Shown here one piece after another: positions 39,091 to 51,162 of a DNA stretch of 64,000 nucleotides. Below the pieces are notes generated by a model. That model was not told where the DNA came from and made no database searches. It worked only from the letters and a program-made list of their open reading frames with translations. Source of the stretch: Rozella allomycis CSF55 (Eukaryota); contig KE561347.1 in NCBI GenBank assembly GCA_000442015.1, positions 1 to 64,000 of the forward strand, given 5' to 3'. The position numbers were made by a program, and so were the translations under genes. Position 1 is the first letter of the stretch. Every line of letters begins with the position of its first letter.

Positions 39091-39517
39091 TTTGTGGCAC
39101 AGCAAATAGAGTAAATAGCAAACAGACTATTTATTTTTGTCACTTCACAAAATATATATAATTTCAGGCTTTTAGGCGACAAGAAGTGAACACATTTGAC
39201 AACATCAGGCTGCCTTCGCAAAGGACAACAGATTATATGATTGTCTGACATACCTGAAGCAAATTTGTATCACGTTATTTGATACCTATTTGATATTGTA
39301 CCGCAGTTTTTCAAATCTCTATGTTCCTCTTCTTTAATTTTTCTGCGGTGAAAGGGAGAGATTATTTCGAAACATACGCACCAGTGGCAAAACATACATC
39401 AGTAAAGGCCGCCAACCCGCAAGGCTCATCTCACACCTTTTAGGACATGTGGTGACCAGCTGGCAACTGCGGAAAACAGATTTTTGAAAAAACAAGTTGA
39501 TGAGGACGGGGAATATA

Positions 39518-39998
39518 GATGTGCTGACCAGTGCAAAGCAGTCCTAATGTTTCATGCAATATTTCCGTGTACCATTTGTTGACCTTGTTAGTAACTTAGT
39601 TGTTTTGCGATTTGACATCTACGCCCGCTTCTAAAATTTTTTGTAAAGACATGATTGCCGTTTGACCGTATCTTCTCGGTGATTAAGCATCAAAATTTTG
39701 GAATTCTCACGAAATGAGAGTACAAAATCGCTCGTCTCGTTTTCAATGTTCATATTAAAAAGTAATAGNCCCGTTTGACCGTATCTTCTCGGTGATCAAC
39801 CATCAAAATTTTGGAATTCTCACGAAATGAAAGTACAAAATCGCTCGTCTCGTTTTCAATGTTCATATTAAAAAGTAATAGTATTAAAGACATTGGCATC
39901 AATAAAATAGTTTTTGAATATTTCAATAATTGGTCCCGCTTGGCGATAGCAGCCACAAAGAGCAAATTCAAAAATGCTTAAACTGTCCGATATTTGCA
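39518..39998. repeat. Diverged direct duplicate of 37534-37891 (decayed ANKRD40 5' fragment, bidirectional promoter, Elongin A start)
   Basis: GATGTGCTGACCAGTGCAAAGCAGTCCTAA...AAAAATGCT(C/T)A(G/A)ACTGTCCGATATTTGCA is present in both places, with indels. Confidence 0.85.
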
Positions 39999-40678
39999 CA
40001 AAATATTTAAAGGGAAGGAGATACCGTAAGCTTTATTATTCGTAAAGAAAGTTCTAAACGAAGCTGATATGATACCATATACCGTATTTAATGATCTTTT
40101 GATGTTCTGTGATCTTAATGATCTCTTAAAAATAGAAAAGGCCAATCAAGTATCGTATAAATTGCTTAAATTTGAAGGAGATCGTCAATTTAACAGATAT
40201 TTTTTGGAAAAGACATGTTTACTCCGACTTTGCTATTGAAAAAAATAACGCTCAAGCAATATATTCGGAAAATGGATCATGGAGAACCACTTACAAAGTA
40301 TATTTTTGTTAAAATCAATAATCTAGGCCCTTGAAAAACAGAGGAACAATCTCATGGACACAGCTCGAAAGAGAATGCGTGAGGAATACAGTAATATTGA
40401 GGAAGGTATATCTCATTTACTAATGAAATAAGATAAAAAATCAAAGCAAATTAAGATAACATCGAAACAGCCGATGAAAAAGAAGCTAATAGCTTTAACA
40501 AGTCGAACTCCAAGAAACGAGAGTTTGATGGCTAAATCAAGACGGGAGGCATTACAATTAACGTAAAATTATAAATTTTAATGCATGTAGGAATCGTTTA
40601 TCTCAAGATAGACAGTTTAATCATGAAAGGCATATTCTTCCCCCTTCAAAGCCGAAGTTCAGTCTTTTCAAAAAATGA
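39974..40678 (+). CDS. ELA1: Elongin A-like protein, multi-exon (not in ORF track)
   Basis: BC-box-like MLKLSDICTKYL, ADMIPYTVF..LLKIEKANQ, FWKRHVYSDF, SWRTTY, RMREEYSNIEE..KKSKQIKI, LMAKSRREAL. Confidence 0.7.
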
Positions 40679-40789
40679 AATGAAAAGCTATTCAAAGATG
40701 AAATCAACAGTCAACAGATACGAATATGCTTTAAATTCCAAATTTTATAAAAAATAAATGATATTATTTGTAAAGTTCCGTTAACTGCG

Positions 40790-41215
40790 TCATCCAAACT
40801 TTTTCCGATCATAGAACCGGTCCGCTCGAGCACTACCTAGGTTAACTATTTTTGGACATCCTTCACGCTACTTGTAGTATAACAATTATTTTACGTCTTT
40901 CTCTAATAATGTGCATTCCTTGCAATAATACGCATCAGATACACCTGGACCTCCACAAATCACACATCGACCTTGAAAAGTACCATAATTACACTCGTCA
41001 CAAACTCTGACTAATGTAGCAGGGCGTACATGAGTATCACAGACGGGGCAACGGCCGTCGCAATGTTCGCATAGTTTTCCAATAGCTTATATTAGTTTTC
41101 TCTCACCAAAATCTTTGAATAACAAATTTCAGATATTATAAGCTTAAAATAAAAGAAACTTACCTATTCCAGGCTGTTTTCTGCAGAAAACTAAATCAGC
41201 ATGATGTCTGGCCAT
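40790..41215 (-). CDS. PHF5A: PHD-finger splicing factor PHF5A/Rds3 (not in ORF track)
   Basis: [64 protein letters not shown]. Confidence 0.95.
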
Positions 41216-41256
41216 TTCGAAAATTTCGTAAAATGTTTTTATTAACGTTTAAAATT

Positions 41257-42682
41257 TCACAAGACGGTCTTAAGATTTATGGTCTCTCTTTTAACAATGG
41301 GATTTGTCTTATTCAAAACTTCATCGATTGCTTCATCTGGTTTTCCTGATTTAACAAAGGATTTATACGACGAACTCCCTGGAGAAACTCCAAAATTGTT
41401 TGAAAATGTACCAAGATCCTAAAATTAAAAATAGGAGATTGCCTACTTTCCTTTGTATTTTGTCGCCTCTCTTTACAATCTCGCCTTCTTTATAGACAAC
41501 GCCGTTAGATATTTTAATAACATCAATGGTGTTTGGAGAATCAAGATAGCTATCTTGTACGAAAGCTGGAGGGCCATTGTGAATATCATTGTTTCCACTT
41601 TTGTTGCTTATTTGAATTTGCGATGTTGAATCTTTTGAAGAAACTTGTAATGGTTTGCTTTCCTTCAAATTCGGTGACATCCAAGGTACAGGGTTAATTT
41701 CGTCGGCATGATCAACAACTCTTGTTCGTATACTATGTGCGGGAGTTACTCAAAGTGTTACTTTTGCGTAACGAATTTGGATTTTGATGGTTTCCTTATG
41801 AAAACTAGTTTTCCCTCTTGGTCATATGTGTAATCTGTGACGGAACCTTCCTTTTCAAGTTTTCTCATTTTTTGAAACATTCTAATGTTTTCCTAGTGAA
41901 GAGTATGTAGATTAATTACTTCTACCATTTCTTTTGTTAGTATCCTTTCTTGCATAGTTTTTTGCTTTGTTCGCTTATTATCAATCGGAGGTAATAGTGT
42001 CAATTTCTTCACTTTCTCTGTCTCAGGTTCATCTTTAGCCTCAATAATGTTTCCGCTTTGCCTTCTTGACGTAGACTTCGTACTTCCAAGACCAAAATCG
42101 GTTGCCTATAAATATTAAACACATTATGAGTAATACCCTCGAGGAAAACCGTCTTATCTTTTCCGTACTTTGGAATCCATTTTTGTTCTTTGGAAAAGAA
42201 TTATTTTCCTGTATCCTTTTTATTAAAAAATCCGGCTTACTTCCTTAACAAGCGGTTTGGTTTGAATTGAGGTTTCTGGGACTTGTTTTGCCAGCGTAAC
42301 TTCAATTGGGGATTCCGAAGCCTTGTGATTATCCTGATCTGTATTTTTCTTTTGTACTGAAACGACTCCTCGCGCCCATGAGTCACAAACACAATTTTCA
42401 GGCTCTTCATCTGGGCTCCATTCTTTGAACTCACATGTACCTTTATCCCTTTTAAAAAATTCAAGCTCAAATTTAGCGATATTCTTATTTTACTCTAATT
42501 AAAGATAAAATTGCATCCTTTGAAAAATCAACAGCGTATGGAAGCACTTGACTTTCAATGTGTTTTTCGAATATAACATTTTGTGTTCTCTTTATGATAT
42601 CATCAACGACAGAGTCTGCTGTTATTTCCGCGGCACTTTGTTCAAGGGCGTATGAAAGCCAATCATCATATTGGTCCGACAT
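41257..42682 (-). CDS. C2orf81-like protein, multi-exon
   Basis: IESQVLPYAVDFSKDAILSLI and WSPDEEPENCVCDSWARG resemble the C2orf81 motif W..DEEP....DSWA.G. Confidence 0.55.
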
Positions 42683-43200
42683 TATAGTGATAAAAATCAA
42701 AACAACAAACAAAGTATTGAACTCATGAAAAAAAGTTTATTATTATGCAGCGAGAAAAAAACCTTCCGCGATGTCAACCATGGGCTTGGCAACTTTCATC
42801 ACAGGTTTACCTACATATTTATAGAAGCCGGACGCTTTTTTTACTTTTCCTTGAGATTCTGTAAACTGGTCATGGTATGCATCATGTTCAGGTTCTGTGT
42901 GCATGTTGTTGTTGGTCTTGGTCGACCCTTTGAATGGGTATTTCTTGGAGTTTATTTGATTTTGGATTGTGGCTTTGAGGTTACTTGTTGACCAACCTTT
43001 TAATATTTGGGCCTTTCCATTGTTGAATGTGGCCTTTCCATTTTGGACAGTNATTTTGGATTGTGGCTTTCCAACCTTTTAGAGGCTTCAATATTTGGGC
43101 CTTTCCATTGTTGAATGTGGCCTTTCCATTTTGGACAGTNTTAGTGATAAAAAATCAAAACAACAAACAACGTATTGAACTCTTGAAAAAAAGTTTATTA

Positions 43201-43824
43201 TTATGCAGCGAGAAAAAAACCTTCCGCGATGTCAACCATGGGCTTGGCAACTTTCATCACAGGTTTACCTACATATTTATAGAAGCCGGACGCTTTTTTT
43301 ACTTTTCCTTGAGATTCTGTAAACTGGTCATGGTATGCATCATGTTCAGGTTCTGTGTGCATGTTGTTGTTGGTCTTGGTCGACCCTTTGAATGGGTATT
43401 TCTTGGAGTTTATTTGATTTTGGATTGTGGCTTTGAGGTTACTTGTTGACCAACCTTTTAATATTTGGGCCTTTCCATTGTTGAATGTGGCCTTTCCATT
43501 TTGGACAGTTGCTTTAATGTTACTTGGTGACCAACCTTCTAGGGGTTTTAATATTTGGGCCCTTCCATTATTGAATGCGGATTGAACTTTGTTGGCTTGA
43601 TTTTGGAATGTTGCTTTCATGTTATTTGGTGTGAATTGGTTTTTCAATTGATGGATAGCTTCATTAGCATTCATTTTGGCTACCTTTTCACGGGCTATCT
43701 CCCCATATCTCTTTATGTTTACCTTCGCTTTGTTTATTCCATTTGTAACTCTTGTATTCAGCCTTGATGAATAAGTTGATGCAAAGAGCAATAAGGACAA
43801 AAGAATAAAGAGGATATGTTTCAT
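43201..43824 (-). CDS. Secreted basic protein with internal repeats, candidate effector
   Basis: Signal peptide MKHILFILLSLLLFASTYS; repeats FNNG(R/K)AQILK..GWS.SN.KAT.QN; 3' part duplicated at 42684-43139 by n-joins. Confidence 0.7.
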   Translation of the reverse strand: MKHILFILLSLLLFASTYSSRLNTRVTNGINKAKVNIKRYGEIAREKVAKMNANEAIHQLKNQFTPNNMKATFQNQANKVQSAFNNGRAQILKPLEGWSPSNIKATVQNGKATFNNGKAQILKGWSTSNLKATIQNQINSKKYPFKGSTKTNNNMHTEPEHDAYHDQFTESQGKVKKASGFYKYVGKPVMKVAKPMVDIAEGFFLAA

Positions 43825-44005
43825 AATGGGCCCTAATTTACGATGGTATTTAAAGGGCTGATGAAACAAGGGGTCGGGGAAGGTTACAAATTGAACCAAT
43901 TATAGTAACAGACAAAATTTCTTGAAAGGAAAAAATGTGAGACAGTCAGAAATATTTAAGGACTTATCGTTTTTTGATAATGATTAATTTATTAGATTGA
44001 TGGTA

Positions 44006-45255
44006 TTAATGAATAATCGAATATAATGACAATGAGTCTTCTTCAGTCCCATTAGGAGAGCATGAACGGGTAGTGGTATTACTATGTGATTGTATCTGTA
44101 ATGTATCTAGGCTTGGCGATCCATCATGGCAAACTAAACTACCTACGGCACCTTTTGGAGCATCATCGATATTCTTTAACGTGTAATAGTTTGATGGAAA
44201 AGTTTGCAGTAAAGTGGTGGCATCAGGAACAACAATAAAATCTTCCGCACTGGATGATCCTAAATTGATGTAAACCACTTCATTGTACTGTCTAAAGAGT
44301 TCTTGTTTTTCTTTTTTCCTATTCTCTTTCTCTTTCCTTGTTCATCAAATGCATGCCGATATTCTGGGTTTATTGTCCAATACATACCCTTTCCAGGATC
44401 TTTTTGATTCCGCGGGACTTTCTGAAAAGCCCTATTGAGAGACAAGTTGTGTCGGATGCTATTCTTGAACAACTTTGTATTTACAGATTACCTGCCACCC
44501 TGATGGATTAGTTTCCTTAAAATAGGTGTACTTATTTTTTATATACTCATAAATTCCTCCCAGAGTAATCTTTTCTTGCGGGGCTTGAAGAATCGCCGAT
44601 GCGATCAATGAAGCATATGAAAGGTCAGGTTTGTTGCTCTTTACAGTATTATTGTTGCCTAAATGTGGTTTCCTGGGTCTTGGCTTTGAAAGTGTCACTT
44701 TTTTGGACGGTTTCTCGAAATCTTTAGTGATACTTTCGTTCTCTGTGACCGTGCAATCTGAGTCAAGGTCTAAAGCATCGGAAGGTAGAGACATGAAAAA
44801 TAAATTGACGTCAACAATTTTGATTTGGCATCTTTATGTGTAAAATTTAAACATACATACCTGCTGTTTAAAGGGATAGGAATATCCGAGGGTGCGTAAA
44901 AGGCCCCATCAATGACCACCCCATTACGCCCATGACAAATTATTGACCATGTATTGTTATGAGCATCAAATTGCAGCGTTGCATGTCTTCTTGAAATTTG
45001 TTTGGAATCGCTGAGCATGACATCTGTGCCATCATCAGATGAGGCTCTTCCAATGATGGTGCAGGTCTTATGCACTGAATATGACCAGTTGTCGAATATT
45101 AATTTAGCACATGGTTGTTCTTCCTCATCTGGCAAGGCGACAAAATTTGAGGGAATCGGTGTATTTCTAAATGCTAGTAGTGCTTCAACAAGAGAAACAT
45201 CCTAAAATAAATTCATTCTTTAAATATTTACAATGTTCGTTGTACCCACGTCCAT
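44006..45255 (-). CDS. FHA + forkhead transcription factor (Fkh1/2, FOXK-like), multi-exon
   Basis: FHA IIGR..ISRRHA..GRNGV; forkhead [37 protein letters not shown]. Confidence 0.9.
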
Positions 45256-45275
45256 TATTATGGCCTGTCGCAAAT

Positions 45276-45342
45276 GTAAACAAACAAACCCTGGTGAATT
45301 AAGAAACGTTTATTACTAATTTGATAGCGTGAGGTAAACAAA
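45276..45342. promoter_or_regulatory. Two forkhead consensus sites (GTAAACAAA) upstream of the forkhead gene
   Basis: GTAAACAAA starting at 45276 and 45334, within 90 bp of the predicted ATG at 45255. Confidence 0.5.
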
Positions 45343-45451
45343 TTTAGTAATTAATGATTTAGGTCTTTAAAACAGTGCTTGGATACATTTTTCCAGAGGT
45401 TGTTACAATCGATCAACAAAACCAAGATTTAACAGAATGCAAATCAATTTA

Positions 45452-46056
45452 TTAGAGAATGTTCCTAAGCATACTCATATGATGCCATAGGGGCCGTTCT
45501 TATGTGTTCGGCTCTGAACCTTGGCAATTGTTCATATTTGGTAGGTAAATGTGCGTTACGAATCTTTTTTCCAAATGGCCACCTAAATAAATTCTACAAG
45601 AGCAAATTACAATGCAAATAATGAAAGTCTCAAATTTTGTATAGCTGTACCAATCCCGATAATAGTAATGAATTGAATCATAGCGGTGACAGCGTGCATC
45701 AAAGCTATCGGTATTCCAATGACTATCAGCCAGATGACATTCGCAACAATAGTGTATGGATGCATGGGATTTGTTCTTGGGTTGGAGTGTACGTCAAGTT
45801 GAACCAGCTCAGAATACGGTTCGCGCCCGATCGGCTGAAAAGCAAACGTCGCAAACTTTAGAGCTTGAATGCCTAGCGGGATAAATATTATAGTTGCAAA
45901 CATTAGCAAGGCACCCATCAAGTACATGAGAAACAGCATCCATCCACCTAAGAATATCCAAATCAATTTGCGAATGTTCAAAATAAATGGCTGGTTTTGC
46001 CAGATAGTATACCTTTCGTAGAGTGTTGGCTTTAATGTGGTCGGTGCAACTGACAT
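45452..46056 (-). CDS. Stand-alone YccF-family membrane protein (two YccF repeats), one short intron
   Basis: IWIFLGGW..TIIFIPLGIQALK..FQPIG and ANVIWLIVIG..TIIGI..AL|WPFG. Confidence 0.8.
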
Positions 46057-46415
46057 GGTCTTTGATCGTTCTTGAGATCCGATTTATTATCAATAACTGA
46101 GATATCATTGATTCAATGCAAGGAGCATAATTTTGAACTGTATCTATGATGATCATTAGATTCTAAATACTCACATATAATAGGTGAAAAATGAGTTATT
46201 ATTGTTTAGCCCCAGAGTCTTGGGTCGAGTCCAGACCATTCCATATCAATTTCTGACAGGCAACCATTAAACATATAGAATCACATCACTTTCTTTTGCA
46301 AATAATCCGTTTAAGTTATATCTAGTTAGTAGTTCTTAACTTATAGTACCGGTTTTAGTTTTTGAAGGTGGTCATTTAGGATCATCGAGACTTGAAATTT
46401 ACCAAATTGTCACAA

Positions 46416-49400
46416 ATGGAAATGGAGTTTCCAGTGCACGGACTGATGCCCAAGCAAGTACAAAAAATCCAACGATAAAATAGGAAACGGAAGCATCAAA
46501 CTTTGTCAAAAAGCACGCTACGTGGGACGGCCGAGGTATTATTGTTGCGATTTTAGATACGGGTGTTGATCCTGGAGCAGCTGGCTTGCAAGTAAAAATG
46601 AAATATATTAATAAGTAGAAAACAAGTGATGGGAAGCGCAAGTTGCTTGATGTGATTGATTGTTGTGGGAGCGGAGATGTTGTTTTGAGTGAGCCATTGA
46701 AGGTGGACGGAGAGATGAAGGTTGAGGGGTTGGCTGGATATAGATTGAGGTTGAATAGACAGTGGAATATCAAGGATGGACTGGTGAGGGTAGGACTAAA
46801 GAGAGCGTTTGAATTGTATCCAAAGTCGTTGATTAAGAGATTGGTTGAAGATAGGAAAAAGAAAACTGAAGTTGATCATGTTAGTTACTGTGGAAAAGTG
46901 CTGGAGGAGATTAGTGAAATGAAGAGAAAGAACTCTGATTTATCTAAAATGAATCAAGAGGAAATAATAAGATACAATGATCTGAATACAAGATTGGATA
47001 TATTGAAAGAGTTGAATAAAGAGGAAGATGTTGGCCCCTTGATTGATGTTGTTGTCTTTAATGATGGAAGTAGATGGAGGGCTGCAGTTGACATTAGCGG
47101 CACTGGAGATTTTACCAATTCCAAAGCGTATGCTGATTATTCTCTGGAACATGAATATGGGACATTTTCAAAGGATGATTGTTTGAATTATTCCATCAAG
47201 TTTTATGATAATGGAAATGTGCTTTCAATCGTCACTAATGCGGGATCTCATGGTACCCATGTAGCAGGGATAGTTGGCGCGTATTTTGAAGATAACTTGG
47301 AGTTGAATGGAGTTGCTCCTGGATGTCAAATGATTAGCTTGAAAATTGGGGAAACCAGATTGGGGTCAATGGAAACTGGAACTGGATTTTGTAACAAATA
47401 ATCATTTAATTAACTTAGCACGAGCGATTAAAGCCATTGCAGATTATGAATGTGATCTAGTGAACATTAGTTACGGAGAAGCACCGAATGTGCCAAACAA
47501 AGGTCACATTGTAGAATTGTTAAAGGAATTAAGTTTAAAGAAGAATGTTGTTATTGTAAGCTCAGCTGGAAATGGAGGTCCTGCCTTGTCAACAGTTGGC
47601 GCGCCTGGTGGTACAAGTGACACAATAATTGGAGTTGGTGCATATGTGACGCCAGCTATGATGAAGGCAGAATACGCTCTAGTTGACAAAATAAATGAAA
47701 CGTCTTATACTTGGTCATCAAGAGGACCAACTGCTGATGGAGATGTGGGAGTGAGTGTTTATGCACCTGGTGCTGCAATTACAAGTGTCCCTACATGGAC
47801 ACTACAACCAAACCAATTAATGAATGGAACTAGCATGTCTTCACCAAACGCTTGTGGTTGTCTTTCTTTAATAATATCAGGTTTAAAACATGAAAAAATC
47901 AATTACACGCCAATGAGCATAAAGAGAGCTATTGAAAATACAAGCAAAGCCATTAATGATGAATTCAAAGTAGGATTAATTCAAGTTGAAAAATCATTTG
48001 AATATCTAGTTAAAACTCGTTCTTTTGTTGATTCTGATGTTGATTTTCAAATTGAAATTTCGGAAACAAAAGGCCGGGGTGTTTATATAAGGAATTGTAG
48101 AGAAGCCAATAAAGTTAATCAATATACAGTGAATGTGAATCCAGTGTTTAGAAATGACGAAGATAATAATAAAAAATATCAATTGGATGTTAAAATGGCG
48201 ATTACAAGTAGTGAACCATGGGTTACAGTGCCTGAATATTTACAGATTAATAATGGAGGAAGAAATTTTAATATAATTGTTGATGCGAGAAATATTAAAG
48301 AAGGATTAAACTTTTGCCAAGTTGAAGGATTTGACGTTTCATCACCTTGGAGGGGTCCTCTATTTAAAGTCCTTATAACTGTTTGTAAACCAATACAGCC
48401 AAAAGAATCAAATCAATTTTCATGTTTATTTAATAATCTAAAGTTAAAGAGTGGTGATATTCAACGTTATTTTATTGAATGTCCTTTAAATTGTTCATAC
48501 GCAGGTAATAACGTTTGTTCTATTAGAAAGATATTGACTTGAAAGCTGAGAATGTTGAAAAAACAACGAAATTTGTTATTCATACATTGCAAATACTTCC
48601 AGAGACTAGATACTCGAATAGTGAGGATCAATTTTATGTTAATATTGGACCAAATGAAGTTTTTAAAAAAAGAATAATTGTTCAACCAGGTGTGGTCATG
48701 GAAGCGACTGTGGCGCCATTTTGGTCTAGCGGGCTAACTTCTGAAATTTCTTTCAATGTTTCATTTGGCGGGCTCTCTCCAAATTCTAAATTTATTTTAT
48801 CTCAAGCAAATAATTTTGCTAAATTTGAAATGTCAAGTTTAAATAAATCAATAGCATCACCATCTGGTTCATTTGATTGCTATAACAAGACGTTAAAGCC
48901 AAGTGAATATTCAATAAATGTGTTGAGTGAAAGAGATAATCTCATTACAGGAAAGGCAATGAATGAATTAGTTTTAACGTATAAATTCAAAGTAGCTAAT
49001 AGTTGTTCGATTACACCTTCAGTACCATTGTTTAATGATTATTTGTATGATTCTCCATTTAATAGCGTTGTTTCTATATTATTTGATAAAAATAAAAAAT
49101 ATTTAACGTTTGGTGACATTTATCCCAAAAAGACAAAAGTAGACCCTGGTCAGTACATATTTAAGCTTCAATTGAGGCACGAATCGTTTGAATTTCTTGA
49201 ATCATTTTCTAATTTAGTTTTAAATGTTTCTTTTACTTTATCCAAAGAAGTTCCAATTGAATGCTACAAATCTCTGCCTGATTTGATTAACAAGACAAAG
49301 TTTGGTTCAGCAACTGTAAAGCCAGAGTATCCAATATCTTTATTCATTGGCACGCTAGTTGAAGATTTAAACGATGAAGTTCAACCAGGAGACTTTCTTT

Positions 49401-50203
49401 CTGGTTCAATTTACTTGGAAAAGAAGCAAGATGCCAGACCAAAACCATTTCCAGTGCAATTATACCTGTCGTGTCCTGTAAAGAAGGCTGATAAGAGTAT
49501 TTCAATGAAGCCTTCGGATGACAAGAATGAATTTGATAAATTGAATGAAAGTCTTTTGGAATCCAAGATTTCTGCATTAAGCAAATTAAGTGAAGATCAA
49601 TTTAAAGAAATTATTTCAAATCTAAGGGAAAAGGAATCAAGTTCTCCTGTATTTCTATTGGCTCTTTTGAAGAGATTGGATAATGCAGAAAATCGCAAGA
49701 ATGAGCCGCTTAAAATTGTTAACGCTGCAGATAAAATTATTTCGTCTATCGATGCTTCTGCGTTAACTGAACATTTCGGAATTAAGAAGCAATCGTTTGA
49801 TAAAGAATTTGTTAAAAGAAATGCAGAGTTTAATAAACTTAAAGACTATCTTGTTGAATCTCTTGTAAGAAAAGCAAGATCCCAAATTTCTATTTCAGTA
49901 GAAGAAGTTTCAAAAACTTTAAAAGAATTGGGCAAATGGGTTGATGTTGCTGAACATTCCGACGCTCTTGTTCCATTCGTTTGGGTCGAGAGACAAAATA
50001 AAAGGTATGGCAATGCTATTAAAGCTATCAATAAATGTATCAGTGCTGTTAAATCTAAAGAATCTTCTGATTTGATTCCTTTGGAAAAAGAACTTTATGA
50101 ACTTCGTTTGGAAGTGTTGGAGCAACTTGGATGGAAGGCCTTGGCTGACAATGAACGTAGATGGAATGTTCTTAGATTTCCTAAAGAATTTATGGGATTT
50201 TAA
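46416..50203 (+). CDS. TPP2: Tripeptidyl peptidase II
   Basis: [52 protein letters not shown] subtilase triad and long C-terminal extension. Confidence 0.95.
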
Positions 50204-50299
50204 TAAATGTTTTTAGAATATAATATTTTTTTTTATTGATTGATATTGTTCATTACTTTTACTTTCAAAGGCGTCAGCGTAGCTATTTGAAGAATTAAG

Positions 50300-51048
50300 G
50301 TACTACATCTTTGTCAAATATCTAAGTTGATGCGAGAACTTTTCGGAACGCAAATAGGGGCTAAGGAATTCTTTCGAGTTTTAATAGCAAATAAAGATAA
50401 AGATTGATNAGGCGTCAGCGTAGCTATTTGAAAAAGTAAGGTACTACAGCATTTTCAAATATCAAAGTTGATGTGAGAACTTTTCGGAACGCAAGTAGAG
50501 GCTAAGGAATTCTTTCGAGTTTTAATAGCAAATAAAGATAAAGATTGATTACTCGTTCATCACACACTAGTTTATTTATTAGCTAGGGATTCCAAAGCCG
50601 TAATAGTTTGAATTAATTCTTCGCGCACTAGTTGTAACTCTTCTTTATTTTTCAATTCGACAGTTTTTCCAATCAAAAGCTGAACAAGTTCTTCGTCTGT
50701 TATGCCTTCTCTAAATTGAAGATCAAGATATTTATTGGTCGTGAAATCTCCTACATTTTCCTTGAGAGCGTCTAGTCCTTAAAAGATTAATTCATTACGC
50801 AAATATGGATTTTTGAGAGCACTGCTGGGAAATAGCATCATGTCACCTGAGAAATGAAAGAATGGGCTCAATTCAAAAGTTATTAATCGCAAGCCGTACT
50901 CAAGTCTTGCCAATTTCTTTGCTATAATCTCAGGCTCACTTAGGTTTGTTAACGACTGATTGGGATTCGAGGGCATTGGTCGTGCTGACAAAAAGGAAAC
51001 CATGATAAATGTAATAAAGGTTTGCAGAAAGAAAGAGGTGAATTTCAT
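50300..51048 (-). CDS. Putative secreted protein of unknown function; 3' end uncertain
   Basis: Signal peptide followed by RPMP; short intron at ~50779-50799 continues into an open exon (LDALKENVGDF...). Confidence 0.55.
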
Positions 51049-51162
51049 AGGTCTTAATTTTAAATTCCTTTAATTTCTTCGTCTCAGTTTTGCTTCCAAT
51101 GACAGGGATAGATGTAAACATGTCAATGCGCCGCAAATGTCAATCAAGTTAACCAAAAAATA

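Noticed and set aside
46200-46245. tRNA T-loop-like GGGTCGAGTCC hairpin
   Set aside because: No D arm, anticodon arm or acceptor stem could be built
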